64,000 bases of DNA from assembly GCA_000004695.1 (NCBI GenBank), contig CM000152.2:2112001-2176000 (forward strand). The letters run 5' to 3'. The translations under genes were made by a program, and so were the position numbers. A model generated the notes under the pieces. The model saw nothing but the letters and a program-made list of their open reading frames with translations. It was not told the DNA's origin and searched no databases. The number at the start of each line of letters is the position of its first letter. Within the stretch, counting starts at the first letter, position 1. Of the stretch, positions 11,984 through 27,212 are shown piece by piece. Source of the DNA: Dictyostelium discoideum (lineage: Eukaryota).

Positions 11984-14750
11984 TTTAAAGATAAAGAAAT
12001 TAATATGAATGGTCAATTAACAAAAATTAAACCAAAAACAATTTTTAATTTTAATATTTCACATAGAAGAACTTTATCATTAAGAGATGGATTTTTAATT
12101 GTTTATAAAAAAAAGAAATTTAAACATGATGAAGATAAACCTTCAAAAGTTATATTTTTACCTGGTTCAACTGTTAAAGTTGTAGTTGGTAGTCAACCAA
12201 GTAAAAAAAAGAAATTTTTAAGTAAAAAATTTCATAATTATTATGGATTTAGAGTTACAAAAGGAAATGTAAAAATTTTAAAAATAATTTTATTATTTTT
12301 TTTTTTAGTATATAAATTATTAAAATAATTACTAATTTTTTTTTTTTTTATTTTTTTTTTATTTTTTTTTTATTATTATTGTTATTATTATTAATTTTTT
12401 TATAAATTAGTATAATAGATTTTTTTTAATGGAAAATAGAGATGAAGCATTAAATTGGGTAAATGCAATTAGATTTCATTCTAGACAAGGATTTAGATTT
12501 CAATCATTTTCAAAAGTTAGATCGAATATTAGTGTTGAATGGTTTATTAATGGTTCATCATATTATAATGAATTAGCAGAAACAATTAGAAGAGCAAAAC
12601 ATGAAATATTTATAACAGGTTGGTGGGTTAGTCCTTATGTTTATCTTCAAAGGGATAATGGTATTGAAAATATGGAAAAATCAAGATTAGATAGAATTTT
12701 AACAGAGAAAGCCAAAGAAGGTGTAAAAGTTTATGTATTAATGTGGAATGAAACAAATTTAGGTGTTCAATTGGGTAGTAGACATGCAAAGAATTGGTTA
12801 GAAGGTTGTCATTCAAATATTCATGTAATTAGACATCCAAAACGTTATCCACTCTCTTGGAGTCATCATCAAAAAAATGCAATTATTGATCAACAGATTG
12901 CTTTTGTTGGTGGTATAGATATTTGTTTGATGAGATATGAAACTAGTAAATTTCAATTGACCGATGATCAAGGTAAAAGATTCCCTGGAAAAGATTATGG
13001 TAATTTATTAGGTACTGTCATTAGAACTGGTGATCCTAAAAAAGATCAATTCAATCGTAGAGAATGTCCAAGAATGCCATGGCATGATGTTCATACTAAA
13101 ATAGTTGGTCCATCTGCAAAAGATGTTGCAAGTAATTTCATTCAACGTTGGAATCATGCAATCTATGTTGAGAGATCAAATAGATTTCAACCAATTTTAG
13201 TTCCAAAGAATTACACTGGTTTACCATCTGATGATGCAAAACCTGATAAATGGAAAAATCTTGTTTCTAATATTAGAAAAGGTTTCTCTCATGTTTCTTA
13301 TGGTAGAGAAAAGCCAACTCATTATCAAAGAGCTGGTGATAATCCAAAAGTTAGATCACATACAAGACAAGGTGCTTTTGGTTTACAATCTGATCAAATT
13401 GATAATAAAATTGATAAACAAAAAAATAATTCAACAAATTCTGAAAATTCTGAAAATTCTTATTCAGAATTTGATGAAGAAGATGAAGAAGGTAATCAAG
13501 AAGAAGAAGATGAAGATGAATTTGATGAATTTGAAAAAGATGAAAATCAAAAACAAGAAAATTCAAAAATTCCATTTAATAATAAACCATCAGATGCTGG
13601 TGGTTTAAAATCAAAAAATTATAAAAATAATAATAATAATAATATAATTGAATCATTAAAAGATGAAGAAAGTTTTGAATTACCAGGTACACCAAAAATT
13701 GATTTAAATAATGATAAATTATTAAAATCAATTTATCATTTATCTTCAAATATGTCAGAAAATAGTTGTGTTGTTCAAATGGTTAGATCAATTTGTCCAT
13801 GGTCAGCAGGTACTGATGTTGAAGATTCATGTTATAAAGCTTATTTAGGTTTAATTAAAAATGCTCAACATTTTATTTATATTCAAAATTTATTTTTTAT
13901 TTCAAGTTGTGGTTCAAAATTACCAAAGAATCGTATAGCATTAGCAATTTTAAATAGAGTTAGAAGAGCAATAACTTTAAAAGAAAAGTTTAGAGTTATT
14001 ATAATGGTACCAATTAGTCCATCTGGTGATCTTGCATTAGCATCCTCAAGAATGATTATTGGTTGGACTAATAGAACAATAAGTCAAGGTGGTCAATCAA
14101 TTTTAGAATTATTAAAAAATGAATTTCCTGATGTTGATTTAGATCAATATATTTCATTCAATTCAATTAGACAATGGGAAGCTAATGGTGATAGAATTTT
14201 CACTGAACAAATCTATGTACATAGTAAAGTTTTAATAGTTGATGATCGTGTAGCTGTAATTGGTAGTTGTAATATTAATGATAGAAGTATGATGGGTTCT
14301 CGTGATTCAGAATTGGCAGTAGTCGTTTCTGATCAAAGTAAACTATTAATTACAATGAATGGTAAACCTTTTAAAGTTGGTAAATTCCCTCATACACTTA
14401 GAGTTGGTCTTTGGAAAACTCATTTAAATTTAACTGATTCTGAAATTTCATCAATAATAGATCCAATAACTGATAATGCTTTTATTAATATTTGGAGAAA
14501 AACTGCTAGAAATAATTCAATCATTTATAAAGAAGTATTTGGTGATTGTATTTTAGAAAATCAAAGAAGACTTGGTATTGTTCAAAAAAAATATATTCCA
14601 AAAACAAATGAATTAATTGTTCAATTATCACAAATTCAAGGTGTTTTAATTGAATATCCACTAGATATGTTTTGTGAAAGTAATTTATTTAATGAACAAG
14701 TTGGAATTTTTACTGCTGAATCTTATGTTGATGTTTCAATTTTTACTTAA
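11984..14750 (+). CDS. Phospholipase D, HKD superfamily. A PH-domain exon (11984-12268) joins the catalytic exon (12411-14750). The EF-hand exons upstream are probably part of the same gene
   Basis: Two HKD motifs, WSHHQKNAIIDQQIAFVGGIDI and YVHSKVLIVDDRVAVIGSCNINDRSMMGSRDSELA, plus an acidic insert. The PH-like exon ends in the ..DEALNWVNAI helix. The donor GTAAAA at 12269 and the acceptor tag at 12410 are both phase 0. The upstream acceptor aaag|ttt at 11983 is also phase 0, matching the donor at 11880. Confidence 0.8.
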
Positions 14751-14805
14751 ACAAAAAAAAAAAAAAAAAAAAAAAAATAAAATAATTTTTTATTACATAT
14801 TGTGA

Positions 14806-15020
14806 AAATCATTCAAATCCATTTAAAATATTTGTAATTACAAAAAAGTGAGCAAACTTGGATAGTTCTTACAATAAATATTGTGAAAATAATTCAAAGT
14901 TGTACACTTTTTAAAATTTGAAAATTGTTCATATTATTTTTATATTAGTCCCATTATAAAATATTTGTAGTTACAAAAAAAGTGCTCAAACTTGAATGAT
15001 TCTTACAATATTTATTTAAA
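14806..15020. repeat. Imperfect tandem duplication of a ~70-75-bp unit ('tattgtgaaaat(c/a)attcaaa...aaatatttgta(a/g)ttacaaaaaagtg(a/c)(g/t)caaacttg(g/a)at(a/g)(g/a)ttcttacaata') between two convergent gene 3' ends
   Basis: Two copies were found by eye at about 14806-14890 and 14880/14958-15020. Confidence 0.55.
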
Positions 15021-15092
15021 TTATTTAAATTATTTATTTTTTATTTATTTAAATTGATTTTGATTATTTACTTTTATTTTTTTTTTTTTTTT

Positions 15093-18000
15093 TTAAAGTG
15101 TATTTTTTTTTGAAAAACCTCTTTTAAAAAATTTATAATAAATTAATCTTGAAGTTGTACTATGTCTATATAAAACGATACCAAGTAAAATTACTAAAAT
15201 AACAAAAAGGAAAGCACCACCAATTATAATACCAACTAATTGTGGAGTTGTTAAACCTTTTTTATTTGAAGAACAAATTGAATTTGGATCATCACTATTT
15301 GTTGATCTTGAATCAACTAAAACACTAAAATTTGGATCTAAACTAATTTCTCTTTTATAATTTGGAATTTCCATTGCAATAAATGATTTTGAATTACTAG
15401 AATTATTACTATCATACATATTAATTGGTATTTGAGTTATTGTTGAAATTAAACCATCAATAATTGAACGTTTTAAAAATCTACCTAATAAAATGATATT
15501 ATCAATTTTAACTTGAATAAAACTTGAATCACCATTATCACCAAATTGAGAAGATGAGCAAATATCATCAGTTTTACTAGTTTCAAGTGATGCTGAAATT
15601 AATAGTTGTAAAGTATTTAAATTTGATTTAAATTCATAATGATCCATATCAATACTATATTTAACAGTATTTGGTTCAATTGAAATATTTGAATTTGCAA
15701 ATGTTATAATTTTATATTCATGATATCTTACAATTTTTACAATAATATTAGTTTTCAAATTATTAACAGTATCACTAATAATTGAAGTATTAAATTGAAA
15801 ATGATCATTATCAGTTTTAATAAAACTCCAATTTGAGAAAATAAATTCTCTAACTAATTTACCATTGAAATCAATTTCTTTAAGTGAATAAACTACAATT
15901 AAACTTTTATATTCACCTTCATAATTGAAATTAACATTTGGTGCATTTGGATCAATTGTACCATTTGAACCAGAACTTGTTGATAAACAATCTAAACCTG
16001 TATTTGGTGCAATACAAAGACATGTAAAATCAGATTTACAAGTACCTCTCGATGGGCCACCACAACTTGGTATACCTGGACATTGTTTTGGTGTAGTAGT
16101 TGGTGTATTAGTTGGATTAGGAGTTATTGAACCATCGGCTGGAATAGTTAAAGGATAATAATCTGAAATTAAACCATCCGATGTTTGAATTGCAATTTCA
16201 ATTTTATTTTCAACACCAAAACTTTTAATTTGATCAGTTATAATTTGTCTATCAGAGAATGAAATAAAATTTTTAATTGTTACTGATGATGAACCACTTG
16301 TAATAAATTTAATAATTAAATTTGAAGTCAAATAACCCATTCTAAAACCATTAATTGTAATTAAACCATTATTATAATTTGCGTTTAGAATTTCTGGTTT
16401 CTCTTCGATCGTATTATTAATATAATAGGTTTTACCTAAAGATTTTAAACTATCAGTACTAAAACCAATTACATTTAAACAATTATCAGTTACACCAAAT
16501 ATTGAAAGTGTAATACCATCTGGATAACCAAAAGAGAATGGAATCATTGCATTCATTGAATAACTATAGGATCCATCATCATTTATTGATTTCATTGTTT
16601 GATTTGATGTAATAACTGATAAACTTGATGAAGCTAAATAAACAACTGGATCATGTCTTTGAGAGATACCATAGGAAAAAGAACTTGTTATAACATTAAA
16701 TGTTATACTTTTAAAAAGTCCATCATTGGTTTTTATTAATGGTGAAACAGTGAAATCAATAAGATTTGGTGGATTTGGTTGACAATTTTGTTTACCACCA
16801 ATTGTAGTTATTGATAATGCAGTTAAATTGACTTTCATAAATGGATTAACTTTTGTAACCGATGGATATTCACTAATATGACCTTGTTTATCTACTAACC
16901 AAGCATAGGCAATACGATAAGTTTGAGCTCTATCATTAGGTGTAATTGGAATATTTAAATGTTTAAGTGAATCTCCTTTTGAATTTAAAGTGAAATTCCA
17001 ACCCAATGGATCTAAATCACTAATAATAGTAATTATACCATAATCGAAACCATTAATTGAATCTATTATATAAAATGAAAATGTAATATTAATTGTTTCT
17101 GTTGTTGGAATTTGGACTGGACTTGCTAAATATGAATAATAATCAATAATTGGTGGCATAATATCAGAGGTTGAAGATTTAACTCTTAGTTCTGCACTTG
17201 AATTAAAAACTGAATATAAAAGTACATTATCAAATTGAATTGGTGAAATCATATATGATATTGGACCAGTGAAAACATTTGCAGGTATATTAATTGTAAA
17301 CTCTGAATAATTTGTAATTGGATTAAATTTACTAATAATTGCTTGATCAGTTTCATCACGGAAATAATCATTACCTTTTTGAGCTTGATAAACAATACGG
17401 AAATTTGTTGCCAATGCAAATGAATAATTTGGAATTACTGGTTCAGTTTTAAGATACATTATTACAGTTTTTGGGGAATTTGTAACATCTAAATCATTTT
17501 CACTGAAATAAATATCTTTAATAAAATCTAAACTACCAATTAATGGTGGAATATATGGTACACTTGTAATAATATCCAAATTACTATTATAAACATCATA
17601 TTGTCGAAATAATTTTGAATTACCAACTCTATCAATTAATGTGAGTTTAACAGCAGCAAATGCAACACCAATCACTGCTTTTGGAATTGTAATTCTATAA
17701 GTTCCATTATAAATTGTACCTTGAATTAAATCATTTGGAGAAAATTGATAAATACATGCAACTGAACATAAATTTACAGATATTGAACCAACACCACTAT
17801 CTTTATCACCAACACTAACAACAATTGAAAAAGATGATCCTTTTTCTTCATAACCATAATAATATAAAATTGGTGTTTGATTATCAGTGAAACCACTATC
17901 TGTTGGTGTAAAAACTTTATCAAAATAAATATCATTATTTGATAAACCAAAATAAACTGATAAACTAATTGATTGTTGGAGATATCTAAGAGTTGGCATT

Positions 18001-18272
18001 TCAAATTGATAATTAATTAAATTATTTGTAACATTAAAAACTCCAAATGGATAATTAATTGATTGTCTTATACTTGAAAATTGATCATTAATTAAAACAA
18101 TTGGTCCTAAATATGGTGAACTAAATAAATATGAAATACCTGAATAATTTATATCTTTAATAACTTTACCTCCAAAATTATTTGGTATCATTTCATTTTC
18201 TATTTTTTTTAATTATTTAAATTAAATTAATAAAAAAAATGAAAAAAAATAAAAAAAATAAAAAAATATTAA

Positions 18273-18341
<69 letters not shown>

Positions 18342-18775
18342 AATATAATTAATAATTAAATTTTTTTTCAAAAAAATATATATTTACTATAAAATGAAGT
18401 ATTAAATTCTTGAATAGTTGTTATTCTATCACCATAATATGTAAAAACATAATTAAAAGTTGAAATTGATGATGATGGTAAAACATTTAAATAGGTAACA
18501 GTATTTCCATTATTTAAAACTTTAAAATTTAATGTTAAAGCAGCGTTTGGTGAAATTTGTGTTGTTTGAAAAAGATATTTATTTGAATCATCTATTGAAT
18601 ATTCATATATATTATAACAGTGCCAATATTTCATATTTAAATTTTTATTACAATCAATTGGGTATGTATTATTTGAAATTGGTGTTGGTGGATTACTTTG
18701 TATTTCTATTTTATTTATTTTTAATTAAAAATAATAATAAATTAAATTAATATTAAATAATTATAAAATATGATA

Positions 18776-18858
<83 letters not shown>

Positions 18859-19232
18859 ATACTTGGATATAATTGATTTGGAAATTCAAAATAAGTAGTT
18901 TGATTAAAAATTGGAATTGTTGTAGTTGCTATGGTATTAGATACTTGTTTATCATTTAAAATAAGTGAAAAATACATATAATAATTATTTAAATATCTAA
19001 AATTACTTGATGAATTACTTGTAAGTATTCTGAAACCATAAGCAGTAATATTTTGTGGAAAAACTACCCTAACAGTTGGAAAAAGTTGATCAATACCATT
19101 TAATTTTGCTAAATATGTATAATATCCTGCAAAACCTTTATAAGGGTAACCATTTGCTAATGTTTTAACATAACCTATATTACTTGGTACAACTTTAATT
19201 TTAAATATTAATATATTGAAAATATCTCCATG

Positions 19233-19298
<66 letters not shown>

Positions 19299-19698
19299 AT
19301 AATAATAATTACTTACCTTTACAAATAACTGATACAGATATTGGATTTACAGTTACTTGAGGAACATTAAATGTTGGTTTAATTATAATTGTTGAATTAA
19401 ATCCAATTGAACATGAAATCTTTAATCTATATAATTCTGAAAAATTATTATCAACCCCTTGAGAATATGGTTCTTGTGTTGCTGAAAAACCATTTTCCCA
19501 TTCTGTGATTAAAATACTTGGATCACTTTTATCAACTCTAATTATATATTCATTGCTGCAAGAACTAGCTTCAGATATCATTCTATTATTTACAATATTA
19601 AATGTACTTGTATAATCTGTTAATTTTACATTTAATGAAAATGTTTCATTCACATTTAAAATAAATAAAATGAAAAAATAAATTATAAATTTATTCAT
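15093..19698 (-). CDS. Large secreted/type-I membrane glycoprotein with an EGF-like module and a C-terminal TM segment. Exons 19698-19317, 19225-18863, 18705-18388, 18199-15093
   Basis: Signal peptide MNKFIIYFFILFILNVNETFS. A Cys-rich EGF-like stretch CPGIPSCGGPSRGTCKSDFTCLCIAPNTGLDCLS. A C-terminal TM GIIIGGAFLFVILVILLGIVLY followed by a basic tail. Many N-glycosylation sites. The GTAAGT, GTATGT and GTAAAT donors join in phase 1-2 throughout. The domains may be IPT/TIG-like, as in Dictyostelium tgr-type proteins, but this was not verified. Confidence 0.6.
18241..18340. repeat. (ATT)n microsatellite, about 33 units, in an intron of the glycoprotein gene
   Basis: Pure att repeats. Confidence 0.9.
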
Positions 19699-20449
19699 TT
19701 TATTTTATTTCTTATTATTTTATTTATTATTTTTATTAATTATTATTATATGTATATATATATATTTTTTTTTTTTTTATATGTATGGAAAAAAAAAAAA
19801 AAAAAAAAAAAATAGAATTACAATTTTATTTAAGTAACAAAGATAATAAATTAAAAAAATATAAAAAAAAAAGGAAGAAAATCAGAGAATTGTTAATTGA
19901 CGAAAAAAATAAATAAAAATATTGAAAATAAAAAAAAAAATAAAAAAAAAAAAAAAATAAAATGAAAAAAAAATAAGAAAATAAAAAAATAATTAAGATA
20001 TTTTTATAGTTTTTGATTTTTATTTTTTGTTTGTTGTTTTGGAAATTTAAAAAGACTTTTCGGATATTTTTTTTTTTCCCTTCCAAAAAAAATTAAAAAA
20101 AAATAAAATTAAATTATAAAAAATAAAAAAAAAAATTCTTTTTACCAAAAGTGATTTTGAAAATATCACAATTAAATCACATTTTTATTTTACAAGGTAG
20201 ATACCCCCTTATTATTTAAAAATTTCCATTAATTTGATTGATATTATTTAAAAATTTTAAAATAAAAAAAAAAAAAAACCTACCTATAGACACACTGAAA
20301 AAAAAAAAAAAATTTTTGTGATCTTATTAAATAATAAATAAATATTTTTTTTTTTTTTTTTTTTAATAATTTTCTGTATATATATATTTTAATTTTATTT
20401 TATTTTTAATTTTTTTTAATTTTTTTTTTTTTTTAATTTTTTTTAAATT

Positions 20450-23400
20450 TTATTTTTCAATATCACTATCAGGTGATAATTTCATTAAAACTCTTTTATG
20501 ATAATCAATTAAAGAATTTGCCATTGATGAATCACCAGATAATTCTAATTGTTTAATTAAATCATCCATTACAATGGATTCTTTAAAGATTTGAAGTGAA
20601 TGAACTAAAGTTCTTTCAGCAGCTAATTTTAGAGGTAAATTAGTTCTTTCTTTTAATCTATTCATAGTTGGTACGACAATATCACGTAAATATTGTCTTG
20701 ATAATTGTTGATTTGATTTACAGAAACGTTTAATAACATTGAGAGCACTAATTGATACGGAAGATGATTGATCACCAATGAGATGACAAATGGAAGGTAC
20801 TAAATCCTTTGCATAGGTTAAAGGCGAAGCAACTAAAATAGCTTCAGCCAAATAAGCAGAGGATTCACGAATTGGACCTTTTTCATCACGACAATCGGTT
20901 TGAATGATTTTAATGATGGTTGGCATATTTGGTGATTGAGAATCGATTAAATTCTTACCAGATGCTTTGAAAATTTCACCCAATGCCAATGATTTACCAT
21001 AACGAGAGAGTACTGATTGAGAAGGTGAGATGAGATTGGTTTTAATGAATTGATTCAATTCAGTGAGAGAAGTAAAACATTTTGAAGAGGCACCAATAGT
21101 TTGAGCGACCATTGATCTGAGATCATCGGAAGGTTGATAAAGGAAGTCCACAATGGTGGCGATTGCTTTATCGAGTGTAGCTTGTTCAACTTTTGGTTTC
21201 TTTTCAAAAATGGATTGAAGTGCTCTAAGTTTACTTTCTTGTGAAATACTATCGGCTGTACTAATACCAGTGATTAATGAATTTACCAATTGATCAACTG
21301 AAGAACTTAATGTCATTAAAAGACCCAAAGCAGAGGCTGCATTGGTTCTAACATTTTTATGAGAATCAGAGAGACATTTAATAAAGGTTGGTTGAAGTTG
21401 ATGAAGGAAAATCTTCATACTTGCTGGTGATTTACTAATGAGTAATGATAAAGTTTGAAGGATTGCAGATTTAACTTGCCATGGGAATTTATCACCAATT
21501 ACCAAAATCAATGGACCAGTGATTTGCATAACAAATGGTTTGAGAGCATCGGCACTAGTATGATTGATAACGGTTCTAAGGGTATTGGTAGCTTGTTCTC
21601 TTTGATCACTTGTACCATACATAAGACCAGAGATAAGAACTGGTAAAACTGAAGCCAAACCTTTTGGTAAACAAAAGCCTGGAATAGTTGAAACCTCTTC
21701 ATAGGTTTCATTAACCAACAATTGAATACCTTTTTGGAAGACTGGTAAATAGGTAAGATTATCTTTTTTCAAAGATTTAGTGATGAAACCCAAAGCATTA
21801 TTTGCTGCTTGTTGTACCAATGCATCTGGATCATTAAATAATGAAAGTAATGAAAGTAATAATTCCTCTGGATATTCAGTGACCATGGTATTACCATTAT
21901 AGAATTCACCAATGAGTTCACAAGCACCCAAACGAATATTTGGTAATCTAATTTCAGTTTGTTCAATTAACAATCCAATTAAAGTATCCCAACCTTGTTC
22001 ATCGATTGATTTACAAATTGAAACGGCGGCTTCTTTAATTTCTTTAGCATTTGAAATAGTATTTGGATTTGTGAAAGATTCAATAAGTGATGGAATAATA
22101 GTTGAAAGATGAACGTAAAGACCTTCACCAGCATCAGCGGCAAGTGATGATAAAGCAGTGACATTACTTGTTGAAATAGGTCTACTTAAAAGTTTTGGAA
22201 TAAGTACAGGCAATACAATACTACTTCTAACTAAAATAACTTGACGAAGACCATCCAAAGCATAACCAGCAAGATCCTTATTGTTGGAATTATCCAAGAG
22301 TTGAATAAGTTGTGGTAAAATTTCATTACTAGCTTTTGAACCAAAAGTATGATAGAGATGATCGAAAGCTTTAGCGGCTGCCTCTCTAACATCAATGAGT
22401 GGATCACATAATGCTTTGGTGATACAAGTTACAACACTTGAAAGGTATGGAAGTAATTGAGTCTTTGCAGAGGAAATAACTTCACTAAGACCAATACAAA
22501 CACCTTGTCTAGTTTCTTCGAGTTCTGATCTAAGACCACGTTCAAGAATTGGTAAAATCTCTGGTAAAATACGATCACTAAGTTTACTAACAATATCACC
22601 CAAAGTTTTAGCGGAAATTTGTCTCTTTTCAACATTATTTGAACCAATGGAACTAATAATCATTTCAATAAGAGTTGGTAAAATCTCACGAAGTGTCTTT
22701 GGTGTATTACTAACAATATATTTCCAAATTAATAATACCTTTTGACGAACTGATGAATTATTATCAAATCTCATCATATACAATGATGAAAGAATACGAC
22801 CTAATCTTTCTTTACCTAAAATCTTTTGAATATCATTACCACTTGAACCTGGTTCATCATCATCATCATCTTTAGCATTATAAGAACTATTATTTGATTG
22901 GACTTCTTGAGCGGTTGTACCTGCTAATTTGAATAATAAATCACCAAATAATTGAACACAAGATAAACGAATTCTCCAATTTTCATGGAATAATACTTTC
23001 TCTAAGGCTGGAACAATCACTTCAATACCTGTTACTGCAAATTGTAAAACAATCGATTGACCACATCTCATACAAACTTCACGAACTGGATCAGAATCAT
23101 CAGCTAAACCTTTCAAAACTTGTGGTAAAACTTTTGGAAGATATGGAAGGAAAAGATCACCCAAAGAAATTGGTGTAAAAATAAAGATTGATAAAATACC
23201 TTCTCTAACATGTGGACGTGGTGAATTGGTCATTGCTAACAATTCATTGATTAATGAATTGAATCTACTAATATCTAATGAAGCTAAAACCTCTGATAAA
23301 CCTTGAGCAGCACCACTTCTTTCGACAGCACCTTGATCAGATTTAACGGTTTCCAATAACCAAGGAATAAGAGTTGAGAAATTCTCTTCACCCATACCAC

Positions 23401-26400
23401 GAACTAATAAACCAAGTGCACGTGCACAAATGGCTCTAACCTCTGGAATTGGATCTAAAAGTACGGTTTTCATAACTGGCATTAAAATATTTAAATAAGG
23501 TACTAAATCTTTTGGTTCAGTTAATGAACAAAGATTACCAACGATTTGACAAGACATTTTCTTTAATTCACTACTTCTCTCTTTAAGAGTTCTCTCTAAA
23601 ATTGGAAGTAATAAAGAGAGTGAAGCTGGATCAATTGTATGAACGTAATTGGTTGATAAAAGATTCTCTAATAATTCTTTTGAATGAATTTCTGGATCAT
23701 CATAGGTTTGAAGTAATAATGGTACATGAATTTGAATTTCTGGATTTCTAATGACTGAACCAATATGAGAGAGAGCTTCTTTAGCTGCTTCTTGAACTTT
23801 GGTATGAGTATCATTGAGAACATAGGTAAGTTTTGGTACAATAGTTGGTAAACATGATGAGAGTTGTTTTGGTGCACAAAAAGCCATAGCACCCAATAAT
23901 TCAATTGAGCCTTCTTTGGTTCTCCATGAACGATCATCCAATGCTTTTAATAGTGCTGGTAAAACGATTTTAACACCATGACCACTAAGTTGTGACATGA
24001 TAGCTTTGGCAGTATCTGCTGTAGCATCACGAACCTCACTAACATTATCACCAAAACAAACTAAAAGTTTTGGAAGAATATGAATAATGTATGGTTCGAA
24101 AACACGACCAATTGTATTACAAAGACATTCGAAAGCAAATAAAGCACCTTGACGACTAGTTGGATGTTTTTTATCTTCGATATAGGATTGAAGAGTATCG
24201 AGAATTGAATAGTTTTTCAAAGAACCAATACCTAAACCCTTGACAGAACCTGCTAAACCAAATGCTGCACCACGTCTATCTGCATAATTACCACTACTAT
24301 TCTTTAATTTCTCTAATAACATTGGAATTAAACGATCACCTTGTTTCTTAAATGATGGAATCAATTGAGCGATACATTTTGAAATACCAACTTGAACACT
24401 CTCTGATGGAATTGATAAAGCATCCACTAGCTTATCAATTACAATTGAAACTTTTGGATTTGAAGCATCCATATGTTTTGCCAAAGCACCCATATAGACG
24501 ACGACATTTGCACGAATTGAATCCTCTTCACCTGTTCCATTATCTGGACGTGCCAAGAAAGCTTCAAAAGTTGCCAACAATTCACCAGAGAATTGAACAC
24601 CTTGTTGATTAATAATTGACATACCAGTTGATACAAACTCTTGAACAACCTCTTCCTTTGGATCGAATAAACCACGCTCAATGATTTTAGTGAATAATGA
24701 TTTCAATACCTCTGGTTCAACGATTGCATTACCTAAACCCGATAAAGCAGTGGCTACGGAAATTCTAAATTTACTAGTGATTGGAGTTTCTCTAATTTCA
24801 TCTGGATAATTTTGTTCATAAATCTCGAAAAGATTATCAACAATCTCTGGAATCATATGAGTATGACAAGTGGCAGCCTCTTTAATTGCCAATGCATTGA
24901 TTTTTCTAGTTTCAGAGTTTACATTAAAAGTTGAATCTGATAAAAGTTTCATGAAATCCTCTGGTAATTGAGTTGGTTGATTTGTAGCCAACCAAATCTT
25001 CTCTGCCAATGCAGAGGTATTTGCATCATGATTATCGAATCTTGCAAACCAAAGGCTACCAATATATTTATCTTCCCAAACGAATGATGGTGAATAAATG
25101 GAAGGAATTTTCTCAATTGCTTGTAAGCAAATCGAACGAACTTGAACATGTTTAGAGATAATACCCTCCATTAATTCACCAATATCACTAGTTTCAACAC
25201 CTTCAATCAATTGGAAAATTGTATTTCTAGCTTGAGCTTCTAAACGTGAATTGGTTGAAACCACAATAATCAAAGAAGAAATCATTGAACCTCTTGGATA
25301 GGCTTGACCTTGAGCGGTATGTTTTTGAATGATCTCCATTGAAATCTCTTGAATTGTAAAAGAGATTGTAGTCTCTAAACCATTCTTTATAATTGGCCAA
25401 AAGTAATTAAAAGCGAAACCACTCAAAGCCTCTTTTGCAATGGATTCTCTAATATGAGTTAAAATCTTTTGAATGAAACCTAAAATTTGAATCTCTGATA
25501 AAGTTGGACGATAATAAATATTATTGATAATGTAAATGTAATGACGTGCAAATGAACGATCCAATTTGAAACGTGATGGTACGCAACAAATTAACTTTTC
25601 AAATACTTGAGTGAATTGATGATTGGTAATTTCATGTTTCATCAATTGTAATAATGCCACTATAATTGGTGACATAAATTCACCAACAAATTGAGGATTT
25701 GAACTTGACTTGGCCATAGTTTGACAGGTATCCATTGCTAAATGTAAACGATCGATAACATCTTGAACATCTTTACGAATTACAGCTTGAGCAGCCAATT
25801 GTTTTTGTCTTTCTTTCTCTTGTTTCTCTAATTCACCAGATTGAATCTTTTTCTTTTCTTCAATTCTCTTTCTAGACTCTTCATCACGTTGTTCCTCGGC
25901 TGTCTTTGGCTTAACTTTACGATCATTTCTAGATTCAACGAGTTGTTCTTGTTTTTCAACAAATAATTCAGTTGGTAGCGTATGATAGATTGACCATTGT
26001 TGTTGAGTAATTGCTAAAACTGGTTCATAAGATAATGCTTTTACCATTAATTTAACCAATTCTTCATTCAACAATGGTACATTATAATTCATTAAACCAT
26101 TGATAGCTTGTTGGAATGCTTGTTGATAAGATTTATTTTTCTTTTGATTTAAACCTTTTTCAAAAATATATTTACTAATTTCAATAGCATTTGAACTTAA
26201 AGTTGTATTTACATCATTTTGAATCAATGATGAAACACGTTTCCAATTATAATTTATAAATGGATGATAACAAATTAATGATAACATTGGATATAATTCA
26301 CTTTTTATATTTTTTGATAAAATTGATCTAAATGCAATTAAATAATTCTTTTTATTTGAAATTGTAGTTGTTGTAGTGGTTGTTGATTCAACATTTGAAT

Positions 26401-27161
26401 TAATTATTTGTGGTGTTATAATTAAAGAATCATCAAATAAAATTGTAGAAAATTCAATTAATAATTGATTTGATAATAATGGATAATCAATATCAACAGA
26501 ATCATTTCTTGATAAAATAGATCTAATTTTAATTGCAGAATGTTTTGAAACTGACCATTGACTATGAAGTAAACAATTTAATACAGATGAATAAAGTGGT
26601 GATTTGTCATTTAATTTAATTGATGGAAAAGATTTAACTCTAAGGAATAATGTTAATAATAAATCGATTGCATGATCTTTTTTTGAGGTTCTTTGAATGA
26701 AACCATCAGTATGAAGGAATGATGTTGATGCATATAGATTTGAGATTGTAGTTTTATCAGTTGAATATTTGGTGAAAATATCATTCTTTGGTACACCAGT
26801 GGTTGTAATCAATGATAACATATAATGTAAGGATGCTGTTGTTGTTGATGGATCACAAGTTTTAGCATTCTTTACATTCTTTAAGATTGTATTAATAGTC
26901 TCTGTAAAACCATTAATAATTTGAATCACTTTTTTATTTGTACCATTTGCTTCGGGTCCTAATGATTTTGAAAGTGATAAAATAACTTGTCCCTTTATAA
27001 TATCATCATCATTCTTTAAACTATTTGTAATAATTTTTATAGTTTGTTCTGGTAATTCTTCAACCATTTTCATAACTTTACCTAATAATTTAAATCCTTT
27101 ATTTCTATTATCTTTATTTACTAAATTATATATTAAAAATAATTTAAAATAATTAATAAAT

Positions 27162-27212
<51 letters not shown>

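Noticed and set aside
12005-12328. The ORF-track reading of the PH exon through '..KILKIILLFFFLVYKLLK*' as an independent small gene
   Set aside because: The reading frame continues upstream without a start codon. A phase-0 GTAAAA donor at 12269 joins cleanly to the PLD exon, and the F/L tail is intron sequence
15925-16158. A 77-aa plus-strand ORF inside the glycoprotein gene. Similar small ORFs lie inside GCN1: 21455-21646, 21912-22112 and 24352-24612
   Set aside because: They are antisense to long, well-supported minus-strand exons and have no independent signals
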